Source: Candidatus Binatia bacterium
Lineage (GTDB): Bacteria > Desulfobacterota > Binatia > Bin18
Length of the DNA stretch: 64,000 bases
Direction of reading: 5' to 3'
NCBI GenBank assembly: GCA_963666315.2
Contig: CAXXHG010000015.1
Location: 192,001 to 256,000, forward strand
Position 1 is the stretch's first letter. Each line of letters begins with the position of its first letter. The notes beneath the pieces were generated by a model. The model was not told the DNA's origin and ran no database searches. It saw nothing but the letters and a program-made list of their open reading frames with translations. A program made the position numbers and the translations under genes. Below, in pieces: positions 28,206 to 38,608 of this stretch.

Positions 28206-28703
28206 TCACTCCTCCGCCCCCTGCCCCGGCCTAACACCGTGCGAAGGAGATCTCTCCAGCAAATCGGCGGCACGTTCCACTCCACTCACACAATCCACTT
28301 CTAACTCACCTTTTTCGTTCATCCGCGCGATCGAAAAATTGAGCAAACGGGTGCCAACCACGAGCGACAGCATTCGGTCTCGCATAAACACAGTCTGGGG
28401 CGGCTTGCCAAATCGGTCACGTAGCGACTGGGCCAAAACCCGCTTTTGCTCAAGGGTCGGCGGCAATAATTCCCCGGTTCTTTGATCCACCTGAACCGTG
28501 ATACCGCCGACTGTCGTCAGAGTCGCAGGGGTCGGCGCTGCAGCACTCGGCAGAGAGCGTTCTTCAGCTTTTCGGGGCTCTGGCACCGTCTGCACCAACC
28601 GAGCAGCCTCGTCCTCAAGCTCCTGGACTAACACACTTCCTACGGCCAAGAGGCTCAGGCCAATCAAAGCGAAGCGGACAGTATTTTTTCTAGGTACGGA
28701 CAT
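28206..28703 (-). CDS. Membrane-anchored protein of the post-PEP-CTERM-1-like type
   Basis: N-terminal TM helix; VQVDQRTGELLPPT...FSIARMNEKGELEVDCV pattern; directly upstream of the PA peptidase. Confidence 0.55.
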   Translation of the reverse strand: MSVPRKNTVRFALIGLSLLAVGSVLVQELEDEAARLVQTVPEPRKAEERSLPSAAAPTPATLTTVGGITVQVDQRTGELLPPTLEQKRVLAQSLRDRFGKPPQTVFMRDRMLSLVVGTRLLNFSIARMNEKGELEVDCVSGVERAADLLERSPSHGVRPGQGAEE

Positions 28704-28911
28704 ACCAGCAGCTTCTCATATCAGGCGGTTTCGATCGTCCTTACTTACTCACTCTTGCTCCCTCTGGACGAGCTTTGGGAATACACGAGAAGAGGCCCAG
28801 CATCAAGATAAAACTCTCTGTATACAAATGAACGCGACTCTACACCGGAGAGTTCCTGAACTGCGAACAGGGTTTATTTTCTAGGGGGTGAGATTAGCGT
28901 GAAGGGCAAGG

Positions 28912-29592
28912 TCAGGACAGACGGTGTCCGTTCCCGTTTACCGTGCCGTTTTTCAGATTCTCGGCCAGCACTACGGTAAACAGGGACATAGGGTGGGTTT
29001 TGAAGCTCTTCTCAATACGGACAGAGACACCGTCAAACGCCTGTTTGAGACGCAGGGAGGCACTCCAGCCTAAGCGCCGGGTGATGGGATCAAGCGCGCC
29101 GACAATGGGGCCGAGAATAGGTTTTGTTGTCCGAAAATGGTTGATGATGGCAATCTTCCCGCCTGGTTTACATACCCGGTGAATCTCTTTCATCATACCA
29201 ACGGGGTCGGGCACAACGCTGATAACGTGAAACGAGGTGACATAGTCAAACGTATTGTCCGGGAAGTCAAGATTCAGCGCGTCCATGCTGAGCAGGCGAA
29301 AATGGCGCCAGCCGCCCTCATCCGCCCGCTCCTGCGCGCGCTCCAACATACCAGGCGCGAGGTCTATCCCCGTCACCTCGCAATGGGCCGGATAGGCCTG
29401 CATAGACAGGCCGGTTCCTACTCCGACTTCGAGCACTTTCGCCCCAGGCTGAATATTGAGATTACGAATAACAGCGGTAATACGATCACTAAAGAAGCGG
29501 GAGAAAATCTTATCGTATAGATGAGAGAATTCGGAGTAAATTTTACTCTCGTGAGGGTTCGCAATCTCCCTGCCATTGTGCTCAGCCAACAC
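28912..29592 (-). CDS. Class I SAM methyltransferase, phosphatidylethanolamine N-methyltransferase (PmtA)-like
   Basis: VLEVGVGTGLS, GIDL...ML, FD.V...VISVVPDP...RVCKPGG.I.I.NHF. Confidence 0.75.
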   Translation of the reverse strand: MLAEHNGREIANPHESKIYSEFSHLYDKIFSRFFSDRITAVIRNLNIQPGAKVLEVGVGTGLSMQAYPAHCEVTGIDLAPGMLERAQERADEGGWRHFRLLSMDALNLDFPDNTFDYVTSFHVISVVPDPVGMMKEIHRVCKPGGKIAIINHFRTTKPILGPIVGALDPITRRLGWSASLRLKQAFDGVSVRIEKSFKTHPMSLFTVVLAENLKNGTVNGNGHRLS

Positions 29593-29803
29593 GCGTCATC
29601 TCCCTCGATGTACAGACCACTGCTTGTTTCTGCTGCAGCTTCTTCAAGAGCGTAACGTCCTGATGTCGGAACCGCCACTGCCTGCCTCGTTTTATCCCAG
29701 CCAATACATTTTTCCGAGCAAGCACGTTGACCGTATCCGGACTGAGCTCAAGCAGCGCGGCAGCCTGCCGACTGTTGAGCAGAACTTCTTCGTTCTCTTC
29801 CAC
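29582..29803 (-). CDS. Small excisionase-like (HTH_17) DNA-binding protein
   Basis: LLNSRQAAALL.LSPDTV...ARK..L.GIK.GRQWRF; overlaps the methyltransferase start. Confidence 0.75.
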   Translation of the reverse strand: MEENEEVLLNSRQAAALLELSPDTVNVLARKNVLAGIKRGRQWRFRHQDVTLLKKLQQKQAVVCTSREMTRVG

Positions 29804-29889
29804 AGCGTTGTATTTCCCGCGTAAACTGACTAGGTGGCAGGGATACCATAACGCTGAAAAATGGTCAATGTCCGTGTAATTTCGAAGAG

Positions 29890-31710
29890 TTAGTATCCCT
29901 TTATATCGCGCACGCGGAGTTGCAAGCTAGCAGTGCCATTCCAGACGTTGATGCTCGGCGTATAGAGTAGGTCGACCCGTTGTCGGACAGTAATGTCACG
30001 ATCGCCCATACCAAAGCCTATGGCATCAACCGGGCTTCCGCCGTCTGGTGAACGAAGTACGAGTTTGAGATGTCCGGCCTTGCCCTGCGACTGATCGCCG
30101 ACAACGCGACAGCCCACCACCTCGGCCTGAGAAGCGCGAAAAACCGGTTCCGGGTTACCCTGTCCATACGGTTCGAGGCGACGGAGTTCCGCCAAGAGTT
30201 CCGGCCCCAGCACTCCGAAATCCAGTTCCGTGTCATACTCGACCACGGGCACCAGGTCATCGGCTGTCAGTCGTTGGCAGGCAACCGTTTCAAACTGATC
30301 CGCAAAGACGGGAATCGATTCAGTCTGGATGGATAATCCCGCCGCTGGACGATGCCCCCCGTAGCCAGCTAAGAGGCCGGCACACGCCTTAAGCCCTTCA
30401 TACAAATGGAAAGGTTTGGGGCTTCGGCCGGACCCTTTTCCCATATCGCCATCTATGGCAATGAGAATAGTCGGCCGACCGTATCGTTCCACCAAACGTG
30501 AGGCAACAATGCCAATGACGCCGGGGTGCCAATCTGGCGAGGCGAGAACCAAACTATAACGCACACTTTGCTCATCTTTTCCACCCTGCTCAAGCTGCCC
30601 ACCTTGCTCAAGCTGGGCCTCGGCCATGGCTATGGCTTGCATCAGAATTTTCTCTTCAATGGCTCTACGAGCGAGATTTTCCTCGTCCAGCTCAGCGGCA
30701 ATGAATCGCGCGCGTTCGGCATCCGTCGTCGTCAGCAGCTCGACGGCTTTCTTGGCTTCTGCTAAGCGTCCACCGGCGTTGATACGCGGACCAAGGCGAA
30801 AGCCGATATAGCTCGCCGTCACGTCGGAATCGCCACTCACCGCCTTTAAGGCGCAAATTCCCGGTCGCTGACTGTTTTCGATTTGCTTGAGTCCATGCGT
30901 CACCAGCACCCGGTTTTCTTCGACCAAGGGCACTAAATCTGCAACTGTACCCAGACACACAAGATCTAAATACCGGCGCAGATCTGGAACTGGCTGTACG
31001 CCCCTTGCGCGCAGTCGCATGCGCAGGCCCATGAGCAAATAGAATACGACCCCTGCTCCAGACAGGCCGGAAAAAGAAAAAGGACAGTCTTTTTCCAGAG
31101 GATTCAGTACAGCGTAGGCCGGCAGTTTTTCTTCCGGCACGTGGTGGTGGTCACACACGATCACATCGATACCGAGCTGCTGCGCTCGGGCAATCTCGGT
31201 ATGATTGCTGGCCCCGCAGTCGGCAGTCACCAGCACTTTCACCCCGTCAGCCGCCAGCTTCTCGATAGCGGGTGTATTGAGCCCATACCCCTCGTGAATC
31301 CGGTGCGGAATATAGAGCATAGGGTCCATCCCAATTTCACGCAGGAAGAGGATAAGTTGGGAGCTGCCCGTCACCCCATCAACATCATAGTCTCCCCATA
31401 TGCACACCTGCTCGCCTTTATCTTCGGCGCGCAACAGCCGGTCCGTTGCACGTTGCATATCTGGAAAGAGCATCGGCGAACGCAGCCCTGTGCGCAGTAG
31501 GGGGGACAAAAATGTCGCTACTTTCTGGGGGGTATCAACACCACGGCTCACAAGCAGCCGGGCCGTGAGAGGCGAGAGCGGCTCTGGATAGGCGTGTGTT
31601 TCCGCAAGAAGCGTCCGAATACGATCGGGATCTGCCGAACGGGCGGTCCAACGCTTTTCTCGCTTTTCGAGCTTTTCACGCTCTTCGCGCCGTTGGCCGG
31701 GCCCGCTCAT
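29890..31710 (-). CDS. recJ: Single-stranded-DNA-specific exonuclease RecJ
   Basis: GDYDVDG, TADCG, DHH, GTVADLVPL, GPRINAGGR, GGH..AAG; ATGA overlap with the secF stop. Confidence 0.96.
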   Translation of the reverse strand: MSGPGQRREEREKLEKREKRWTARSADPDRIRTLLAETHAYPEPLSPLTARLLVSRGVDTPQKVATFLSPLLRTGLRSPMLFPDMQRATDRLLRAEDKGEQVCIWGDYDVDGVTGSSQLILFLREIGMDPMLYIPHRIHEGYGLNTPAIEKLAADGVKVLVTADCGASNHTEIARAQQLGIDVIVCDHHHVPEEKLPAYAVLNPLEKDCPFSFSGLSGAGVVFYLLMGLRMRLRARGVQPVPDLRRYLDLVCLGTVADLVPLVEENRVLVTHGLKQIENSQRPGICALKAVSGDSDVTASYIGFRLGPRINAGGRLAEAKKAVELLTTTDAERARFIAAELDEENLARRAIEEKILMQAIAMAEAQLEQGGQLEQGGKDEQSVRYSLVLASPDWHPGVIGIVASRLVERYGRPTILIAIDGDMGKGSGRSPKPFHLYEGLKACAGLLAGYGGHRPAAGLSIQTESIPVFADQFETVACQRLTADDLVPVVEYDTELDFGVLGPELLAELRRLEPYGQGNPEPVFRASQAEVVGCRVVGDQSQGKAGHLKLVLRSPDGGSPVDAIGFGMGDRDITVRQRVDLLYTPSINVWNGTASLQLRVRDIKGY

Positions 31711-32609
31711 CGACGGGGTTTCTCTTTTTCCCACAACAACACAATGGGACTGGCGACGTAAATGGAGGAATACGTCCCTATCGTCATACCGACCAAGAGC
31801 ACCAGAGCAAAGGCGTGCAACACCGAGCCGCCTAAGAAAAAGAGGGCCAGAATAACCATCAGCACAGTGCCGGTTGTGATGACCGTCCGACTCAACGTTT
31901 CGTTGATGCTGCGATTAATAATAACGTGGAGCGTTTCACGCCGCAGTTTGCGCATGTTTTCTCGCACCCGGTCACACACGATCACCGTATCATTGACCGA
32001 ATATCCAATGACGGTCAGCAGCGCGGCAACCACGGTCAGATCGAACTCCACGTCGGCCACGAGGAGAGCAGTGGTGGTAATCAACACGTCATGGATGAGC
32101 GCAATCGCCGCCCCTAGCCCGAAACGGAGCTCAAACCGAAATGCAAGATAGGTGCCCATCATGACCGTTGCAAACACCACGGCCAAAATTCCCTTGCGGC
32201 GCAGATCTTTGCCCACTTTGGGCCCCACGCTTTCCACGCGCCGCACATCGTAGGCCTCTTCCCCAAATCCGTCGGCTAAGCTTTGACGAATGCGGTTAGA
32301 GAAGTTTTCGACGCCTGTTTCAGACTTGGGTAACCGGATCAGAAATTCATCACCGTCCTGACCAAAGTCCTGAACGGTGATGTCAGCAATATCGGTCTGC
32401 GAAACAACCGCACGGATACTGGCGGCATCAGTGGGTTGACTGAACTTGACATGCACGATGGTCCCGCCTGCAAAGTCTACCCCGTAGTTCAGACCTCCGC
32501 GATACCAAAAGGCCACCACCCCAAGCAGGATGAGGGCAGTCGAAAGTATAAATGCCCTTTTGACATAGCGCAGAAAATCAATCGTCGTCCCAGCTTTAAT
32601 AAATTCCAT
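31707..32609 (-). CDS. secF: Protein translocase subunit SecF
   Basis: GVDFAGG, ESVGPKVG, GYSVNDTVIV.DRVRE, GTYSSIYVA. Confidence 0.97.
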   Translation of the reverse strand: MEFIKAGTTIDFLRYVKRAFILSTALILLGVVAFWYRGGLNYGVDFAGGTIVHVKFSQPTDAASIRAVVSQTDIADITVQDFGQDGDEFLIRLPKSETGVENFSNRIRQSLADGFGEEAYDVRRVESVGPKVGKDLRRKGILAVVFATVMMGTYLAFRFELRFGLGAAIALIHDVLITTTALLVADVEFDLTVVAALLTVIGYSVNDTVIVCDRVRENMRKLRRETLHVIINRSINETLSRTVITTGTVLMVILALFFLGGSVLHAFALVLLVGMTIGTYSSIYVASPIVLLWEKEKPRR

Positions 32610-32651
32610 AGTCCTTCACCATTCGCACCATTCGACTCGTCACGTTTTTCC

Positions 32652-34217
32652 TTACACGCTCAGCGCGACGATGCGCCGCCGGAAAAGAAAACAGTCATAC
32701 ACCACCCGGGTACAAAACACCGTGGTGAAAACTGTGCTGACAATACCGATACATAAGGTCACCGCAAAGCCCTTAATCGGACCGGACCCGAATTGAAACA
32801 TAATCAGGCCTGACAAAAACGTCGTGATATTCGAGTCAAAAATGGCCGGCAGCGCACGCTCATAACCGGAGTCGATCGCAGCGCGGACGCCCTTGCCCAT
32901 GCGCACCTCTTCTCGAATACGTTCAGTGATCAACACATTGGCGTCCACCGCCATACCAACTGTGAGGACAATTCCGGCGATACCCGGCAACGTCAGAGTT
33001 GCGTCAAAGGCTGCTAATGCAGCCAGCAGAAACAGAATATTCAGTAACAGGGCCAGATCGGCCAGCACCCCGGCCAGATTGTAATAGATCACCATGAAGA
33101 TGATGACGGCCGCGCCACCTATCATAAAGGACAGGGCGCCCTGATCGATAGAATCCCGCCCGAGCGACGGCCCAACGGTCCGCTCTTCCGAAATCGTCAC
33201 CGGCGCAGGCAGGGCTCCGGCACGCAGAATAATAGCCAAATCTCGGGCTTCTTTGATGTCAAAAGTTCCGTGGATAGAGGCCCGCCCGCCGCCTATGCGT
33301 TCACGAATGACCGGTGCTGAATACACCGTATTATCGAGCACAATAGCCAGACGCCGACCAACGTTGTCACCCGTCAGCTCCTCAAAAATCTGCGACCCGC
33401 GGTCACTCAGGATAAGCTCGACATACGGCCCTTCGACGTCCACACTAGGCCGCACGCGCGCATCCGATATCCCATCTCCGGTCATCAAGGTCGTCTTTTC
33501 TATCGTATACGTGGTCTTCGTCATCTCCCCACTTATCGGCTCGAGGGCTTGCCCATTCAGCGTCTCGGTCTCGACGCTGCTACCTTCTTCGGCCACTAGC
33601 TTGAATTCCAGCAAGGCGGTTTTTCCGATCAGCGCTTTTGCGCGTTCCGGGTCCTGGATGCCGGGCAGCTGGACCAAAATATCCCGGTCGCCCTGGCGCT
33701 GAATAACAGGCTCAGCCACACCAAATTGGTCAATGCGATTACGAATGGTTTCGAGCGATTGGTCTACCGCATACTGCTCGAGCGCGTCAATCTGGCGGCG
33801 GTCGAGATCGACCACAATATCACCACCCGACCCAGCACCGAGTCGGGGTTCCAGGATGGCGAATTGCTCGGCCAGAATGTCTTGCGTGGTTTCTCGGTCC
33901 GCGGCTGAGCCGGTAGAGATAAACAGCGTCTTGCCCCGGCGTCCGATACTGACACTCGACACGTCAGCCTCACGCAGCGCACGGCGCAGCTCTTCAGCGT
34001 ACCGATCTAAGCTATTCTCGACCGCTTTTTCCAGATCGACGGTGAGCAGCAAATAGGTCCCCCCCCGCAGGTCTAGGCCTAAACGAATCTGGTGCGAGGG
34101 CAGAAAGGACGGCCACCAGCCAGGCAACGCTGCGGTAAACGAAGGCGTAAGATAGATACTCCCCCACAGGGCCAGGCCGAGAACTAAAAGGATGCGATAC
34201 CGCAGACCTTGAGGCAT
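32652..34217 (-). CDS. secD: Protein translocase subunit SecD
   Basis: LGLDLRGG, RNRIDQFGVAEP, LRAGALPA, GMAVDANVLI.ERIREE. Confidence 0.97.
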   Translation of the reverse strand: MPQGLRYRILLVLGLALWGSIYLTPSFTAALPGWWPSFLPSHQIRLGLDLRGGTYLLLTVDLEKAVENSLDRYAEELRRALREADVSSVSIGRRGKTLFISTGSAADRETTQDILAEQFAILEPRLGAGSGGDIVVDLDRRQIDALEQYAVDQSLETIRNRIDQFGVAEPVIQRQGDRDILVQLPGIQDPERAKALIGKTALLEFKLVAEEGSSVETETLNGQALEPISGEMTKTTYTIEKTTLMTGDGISDARVRPSVDVEGPYVELILSDRGSQIFEELTGDNVGRRLAIVLDNTVYSAPVIRERIGGGRASIHGTFDIKEARDLAIILRAGALPAPVTISEERTVGPSLGRDSIDQGALSFMIGGAAVIIFMVIYYNLAGVLADLALLLNILFLLAALAAFDATLTLPGIAGIVLTVGMAVDANVLITERIREEVRMGKGVRAAIDSGYERALPAIFDSNITTFLSGLIMFQFGSGPIKGFAVTLCIGIVSTVFTTVFCTRVVYDCFLFRRRIVALSV

Positions 34218-34579
34218 TACTTATCCTTTCCCTTTCCCTTTTTCTTATCAGAGCCCGCTGCCTTGCCCGTGCCGCCCTCCCCAATCACAGTCTCGATCTT
34301 GGAGCGTTCGACTCGAATGCGGACGTTTTGGGCAAGTTCAAGGGAAATGACTTTTTCGCCCAGTTCCATAACCCGCCCGTAAATACCACCGGCGGTCACG
34401 ACTTCATCATTCCGCTTGAGATCGTCGAGCAATTGCTTGTGGGCTTTTGTCTTTTGCTGTTGGGGGCGAATAAGCAGGAAGTAAAACACAACAAAAATAA
34501 GAATCAACGGGAAAAACTGTACCAGCGGACCCGGCCCCGCCGGTACATCCTCGGTTTGTGCATATGCGAGACTGGTCAT
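34217..34579 (-). CDS. yajC: Preprotein translocase subunit YajC
   Basis: FYFLLIRPQQ, DEVVTAGGIYG; lies between tgt and secD. Confidence 0.96.
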   Translation of the reverse strand: MTSLAYAQTEDVPAGPGPLVQFFPLILIFVVFYFLLIRPQQQKTKAHKQLLDDLKRNDEVVTAGGIYGRVMELGEKVISLELAQNVRIRVERSKIETVIGEGGTGKAAGSDKKKGKGKDK

Positions 34580-34589
34580 ACTCTCTCCT

Positions 34590-35771
<1,182 letters not shown>

Positions 35772-35854
35772 TTAGCTTGCTGGACTTGTTGGACTTGTCC
35801 GAGTCGTTTTAGTCATTTTTTCAAACTCGTGCAACTACTTCCGGACCTGCCAGC

Positions 35855-35934
35855 GTCATGCAAAAGCCATTCCCGCTACAGATTGCTTCGCTTCGCTCGC
35901 AATGACGTGTATCGCGACTTTCCAAACACCCTCT
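35855..35934. repeat. Degenerate REP (AGATTGCTTCGCTTCGCTCGCAATGAC) plus a TIR-like end
   Basis: GTCA-family palindrome half at 35880-35906; CTTTCCAAACACCCTCT at 35918-35934. Confidence 0.55.
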
Positions 35935-36162
35935 TGTCGGAACCCATAGAGAGAAGCGTAGATCCAAATGGGCAGGCGTTAGGCTGCGGGGTGTTAGACT
36001 GCAGAATTTGGCAGCCTACCGCTTAGAATACAGATCTTGAAGGTTTGCCGGCGAAGCTGGGAGGTCTTGTCAACAAGTGTGTAAAGAACAAAGCGGCGCA
36101 GTTGCGAGAAAAGAGGGAGTCCGCGTCTGGGTGACGGACTCCCTGCCCGTGCGTGCAGGTTT

Positions 36163-36625
36163 TTACAGGCTGCGCCCTCTGCTGTAACACTCCACCATCA
36201 CCCCGAGGAGCAGCCCGGCCAACAACGCGCCCACGCCATCGTGTGGAACGAGTGGTGGCGTTAAACACAAGCTGGCTGCCATCCGGACTGAATTGGGGCC
36301 TTTGGCTGCCTCCCGTGGTGGTGGTCGTGACGGGCGTGAAGATGCCGGTGGCGATGGTAAACCGCACAATCTCAGAGTTGCCATCGGCATTGGGCACGCC
36401 GGGCAGATCAGTCCCGGTGGACCGAAACACAAGCTGGCTGCCATCCGGACTGAATTGGGGAACACGGCTGTCTCCCGTGGTGGTCGTCGTGACGGGGGTG
36501 AGCGTACACACTTGCGCCCAGGCTGCCCATGGTGGACTCCCAAAGATTCCCAGCCCGATCAACACCGCGACGAGACGGCGGCGCCACACAGAGACCGGGC
36601 ATGCAAGACGAGCCACGGTTGACAT
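36163..36625 (-). pseudogene. TolB/PD40-repeat surface protein with a large internal deletion
   Basis: Signal peptide, two PQFSPDGSQLVF repeats (36-bp exact DNA repeat at 162-bp period), then an out-of-frame TM tail GVGALLAGLLLGVMV..YSRGR. Confidence 0.65.
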
Positions 36626-36909
36626 CTGTAGTCCTTTCTTTGGCCGCCGGAACCTCCCACCGCTTCGGAGCGGATCCGTTGGCCGGGTGCGGTGCAGGCG
36701 ACCAGCACGCAGATGCGTCCTGCTTATATAGCTAAACAAGCCGTGCAATCAATCCCGTGTCGCCCCACGGAGGGAGGCTCTATGCGTGTCCCCGCACCTC
36801 GCCTCCGTCAACGCCAGCAAAAAAGGCACACCATACCCCGGTCACGGAGACGGACGACCAGCGGGGGAAGATGGAGCGGACAATCTTTGGGGGTAACTCA
36901 CACTTCGGG

Positions 36910-37010
36910 GTAAAAGGGGTCAAATCTTTACTCTTGACTATTGAGGGAGCGCAGCCTCTCAATCCGGAACATGACGCGTCTCTTACGCCTGGTGGGAAAA
37001 AAAGGGACGT
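36910..37010 (+). repeat. ~100-bp direct repeat, copy A (Y1/RAYT transposase 5'-end-like)
   Basis: GTAAAAGGGGTCAAATCTTTACTCTTGAC...ATGACGCGTCTCTTACGCCTGGTGGGAAAAAAAGGGACGT. Confidence 0.8.
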
Positions 37011-37179
37011 CCTTGAAGGAGCGGAATACCAGGGGCGGTCTTACGGCCCCGCCGTTGATGCCGCTTTCTCCCCAGCTCCGCGTAGGTCTCCAATAGGTGT
37101 CCTCAGCGCCTCAGCCACCGCTTCCTGAATTCTCCCCAATCCATCGTGTATGAGGAGCGTCAATACAAATCGACAAGGA

Positions 37180-37276
37180 GTAAAAGGGATCAAATCTTTA
37201 CCCTTGACTTTTAGGAGCACCGTCTCTCAATCCTGAACATGACGCGCCCCTTACGCCTGGTGGGAAAAAGGGACGT
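37180..37276 (+). repeat. ~100-bp direct repeat, copy B
   Basis: GTAAAAGGGATCAAATCTTTACCCTTGAC...ATGACGCGCCCCTTACGCCTGGTGGGAAAAAGGGACGT. Confidence 0.8.
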
Positions 37277-37404
37277 TCGTGGTTGACGAATAAAGGACGT
37301 TGCAACCTTTTTAACCTTACGCTCGATCGCGCGGCTGAGTACAGCGTTCGCTTCTCAGATTATGACTTTCCTCACAGCCTCAATTAGGTTATATTATTAC
37401 CTCA

Positions 37405-37671
37405 ATGAAATATGAGGTTCGGATCAAGAAGAAAGTAGCGCGCGGTTTGACGAAGCTACCTTCTGATGTTCAGAAACTCTTCTTCTTGCTTGTCACGGAT
37501 CTCCAGGTAGATGGCCCGATTCAGAAGAGCTGGCGGAACTTCTCGCCACTCGGGAAGGATAGCTACCACTGCCACTTGGGCTATAGATACGTGGCTTGCT
37601 GGACTTGCCGTAAGACAACTATAGCAATCGAGGTGTATTATGTTGGCTCTCGTGAAAAAGCCCCATATTGA
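37405..37671 (+). CDS. RelE/HigB-like type II toxin
   Basis: 88-aa basic protein, YEVRIKKK...LTKLP..VQ, YHCHL..RYVACW, IEVYYVGSRE; directly upstream of an XRE gene. Confidence 0.7.
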   Translation: MKYEVRIKKKVARGLTKLPSDVQKLFFLLVTDLQVDGPIQKSWRNFSPLGKDSYHCHLGYRYVACWTCRKTTIAIEVYYVGSREKAPY

Positions 37672-38080
37672 ACTCTCCATGCATGGCGAGCATGTTGAGG
37701 AACTGCTCGACTGGATCAAGAAGAAATACGACGTAGCCATCCTTACGGAAGAACCGGAGGACGAACTCATCCCGATCGAGAGTACCACGTACTGGCAAGA
37801 AATGGAGAAGAATCGCATTGGCAACCTGCTGGGCGGTGCCCGTTTGAAGGCCGGGCTAACTCAGGCTCAGCTCGCAGAAAAGCTGGGTATTCGTCAGAAC
37901 ATGGTCAGCGACTATGAAAGGGGCCGGCGCATCTATTCCGACGCGATGGCCAAGCGCCTTAGCAAGGCTCTTGAGGTAAAGGAAGAACATCTGAGATATA
38001 GAAGCGAACCCGGCTCCAGGTCAGGGAAAAAAGGACATTCTCAAAGTAGCGGAATAACCGGGACAAGCTCACGACTCTGA
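37640..38080 (+). CDS. XRE/HigA-like HTH antitoxin
   Basis: ARLKAGLTQAQLAEKLGIRQNMVSDYERGRR; overlaps the toxin 3' end by 32 nt. Confidence 0.8.
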   Translation: MLALVKKPHIELSMHGEHVEELLDWIKKKYDVAILTEEPEDELIPIESTTYWQEMEKNRIGNLLGGARLKAGLTQAQLAEKLGIRQNMVSDYERGRRIYSDAMAKRLSKALEVKEEHLRYRSEPGSRSGKKGHSQSSGITGTSSRL

Positions 38081-38101
38081 CTCTGAGAGGAGGAAATAGC
38101 C

Positions 38102-38530
38102 TTGTTTCAAGGAACCAGAGTAGGCTGGATGGCAGTGTGGGCGCCGGTGTTTTGCCTGGGTGGGTGTTCTCCGAATAACGGTGCTTCGCAGACCGGCGAA
38201 ATACCCCCGGCTCCCGAAATGCCCGCACATTGGACAGTCACTTCCGACTTTCAAGTGCCGCTGGAGCAGGTCCAGGTAATGAGCGAGAAGCTTGGTGCGG
38301 ACCTCAGCAACGTTCGAAATACCGTCTATGACGTGCAGGGGAAGCGCGTTCGGATCAATGTCATAGTTACCCCAGACCCGGGGAACGCCGAAAGGCTGAT
38401 AACGAAACTCCGGTCGATGAAGGTCGAAGAAGCTCTGCTGCAAAAGGACCTGATCGTTTACGAGTTTGTAGGCAAGAATGACGTCCTCCCTCAAATTGCA
38501 GAAGGACGCAGGCACCTCGATTCAAAGTAG
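38102..38530 (+). CDS. Hypothetical lipoprotein
   Basis: GAGGAGG RBS, TTG start, lipobox-like LGGC. Confidence 0.6.
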   Translation: MFQGTRVGWMAVWAPVFCLGGCSPNNGASQTGEIPPAPEMPAHWTVTSDFQVPLEQVQVMSEKLGADLSNVRNTVYDVQGKRVRINVIVTPDPGNAERLITKLRSMKVEEALLQKDLIVYEFVGKNDVLPQIAEGRRHLDSK

Positions 38531-38608
38531 TCCACGTGCTTGGGGTAAGGATTGAAGATGACAGGCAGACATGGTGGACTATCTACCGCCTTGATCCAGA
38601 CGCGATCA

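Noticed and set aside
29582-29803. Prophage or ICE marked by the excisionase-like gene
   Set aside because: No integrase, att-like repeat, tRNA or phage genes nearby.
37011-37160. Small minus-strand gene fragment between the two repeats (RIQEAVAEAL...)
   Set aside because: Too short and ambiguous to assign to a family.
36910-37276. CRISPR array
   Set aside because: Only two diverged ~100-bp copies with a ~170-bp spacer, and no cas genes.
37305-37360. Integron attC site before the TA pair
   Set aside because: AAC...GTT is present but does not form convincing R''/R' boxes or an extended stem; no integrase is in the window.
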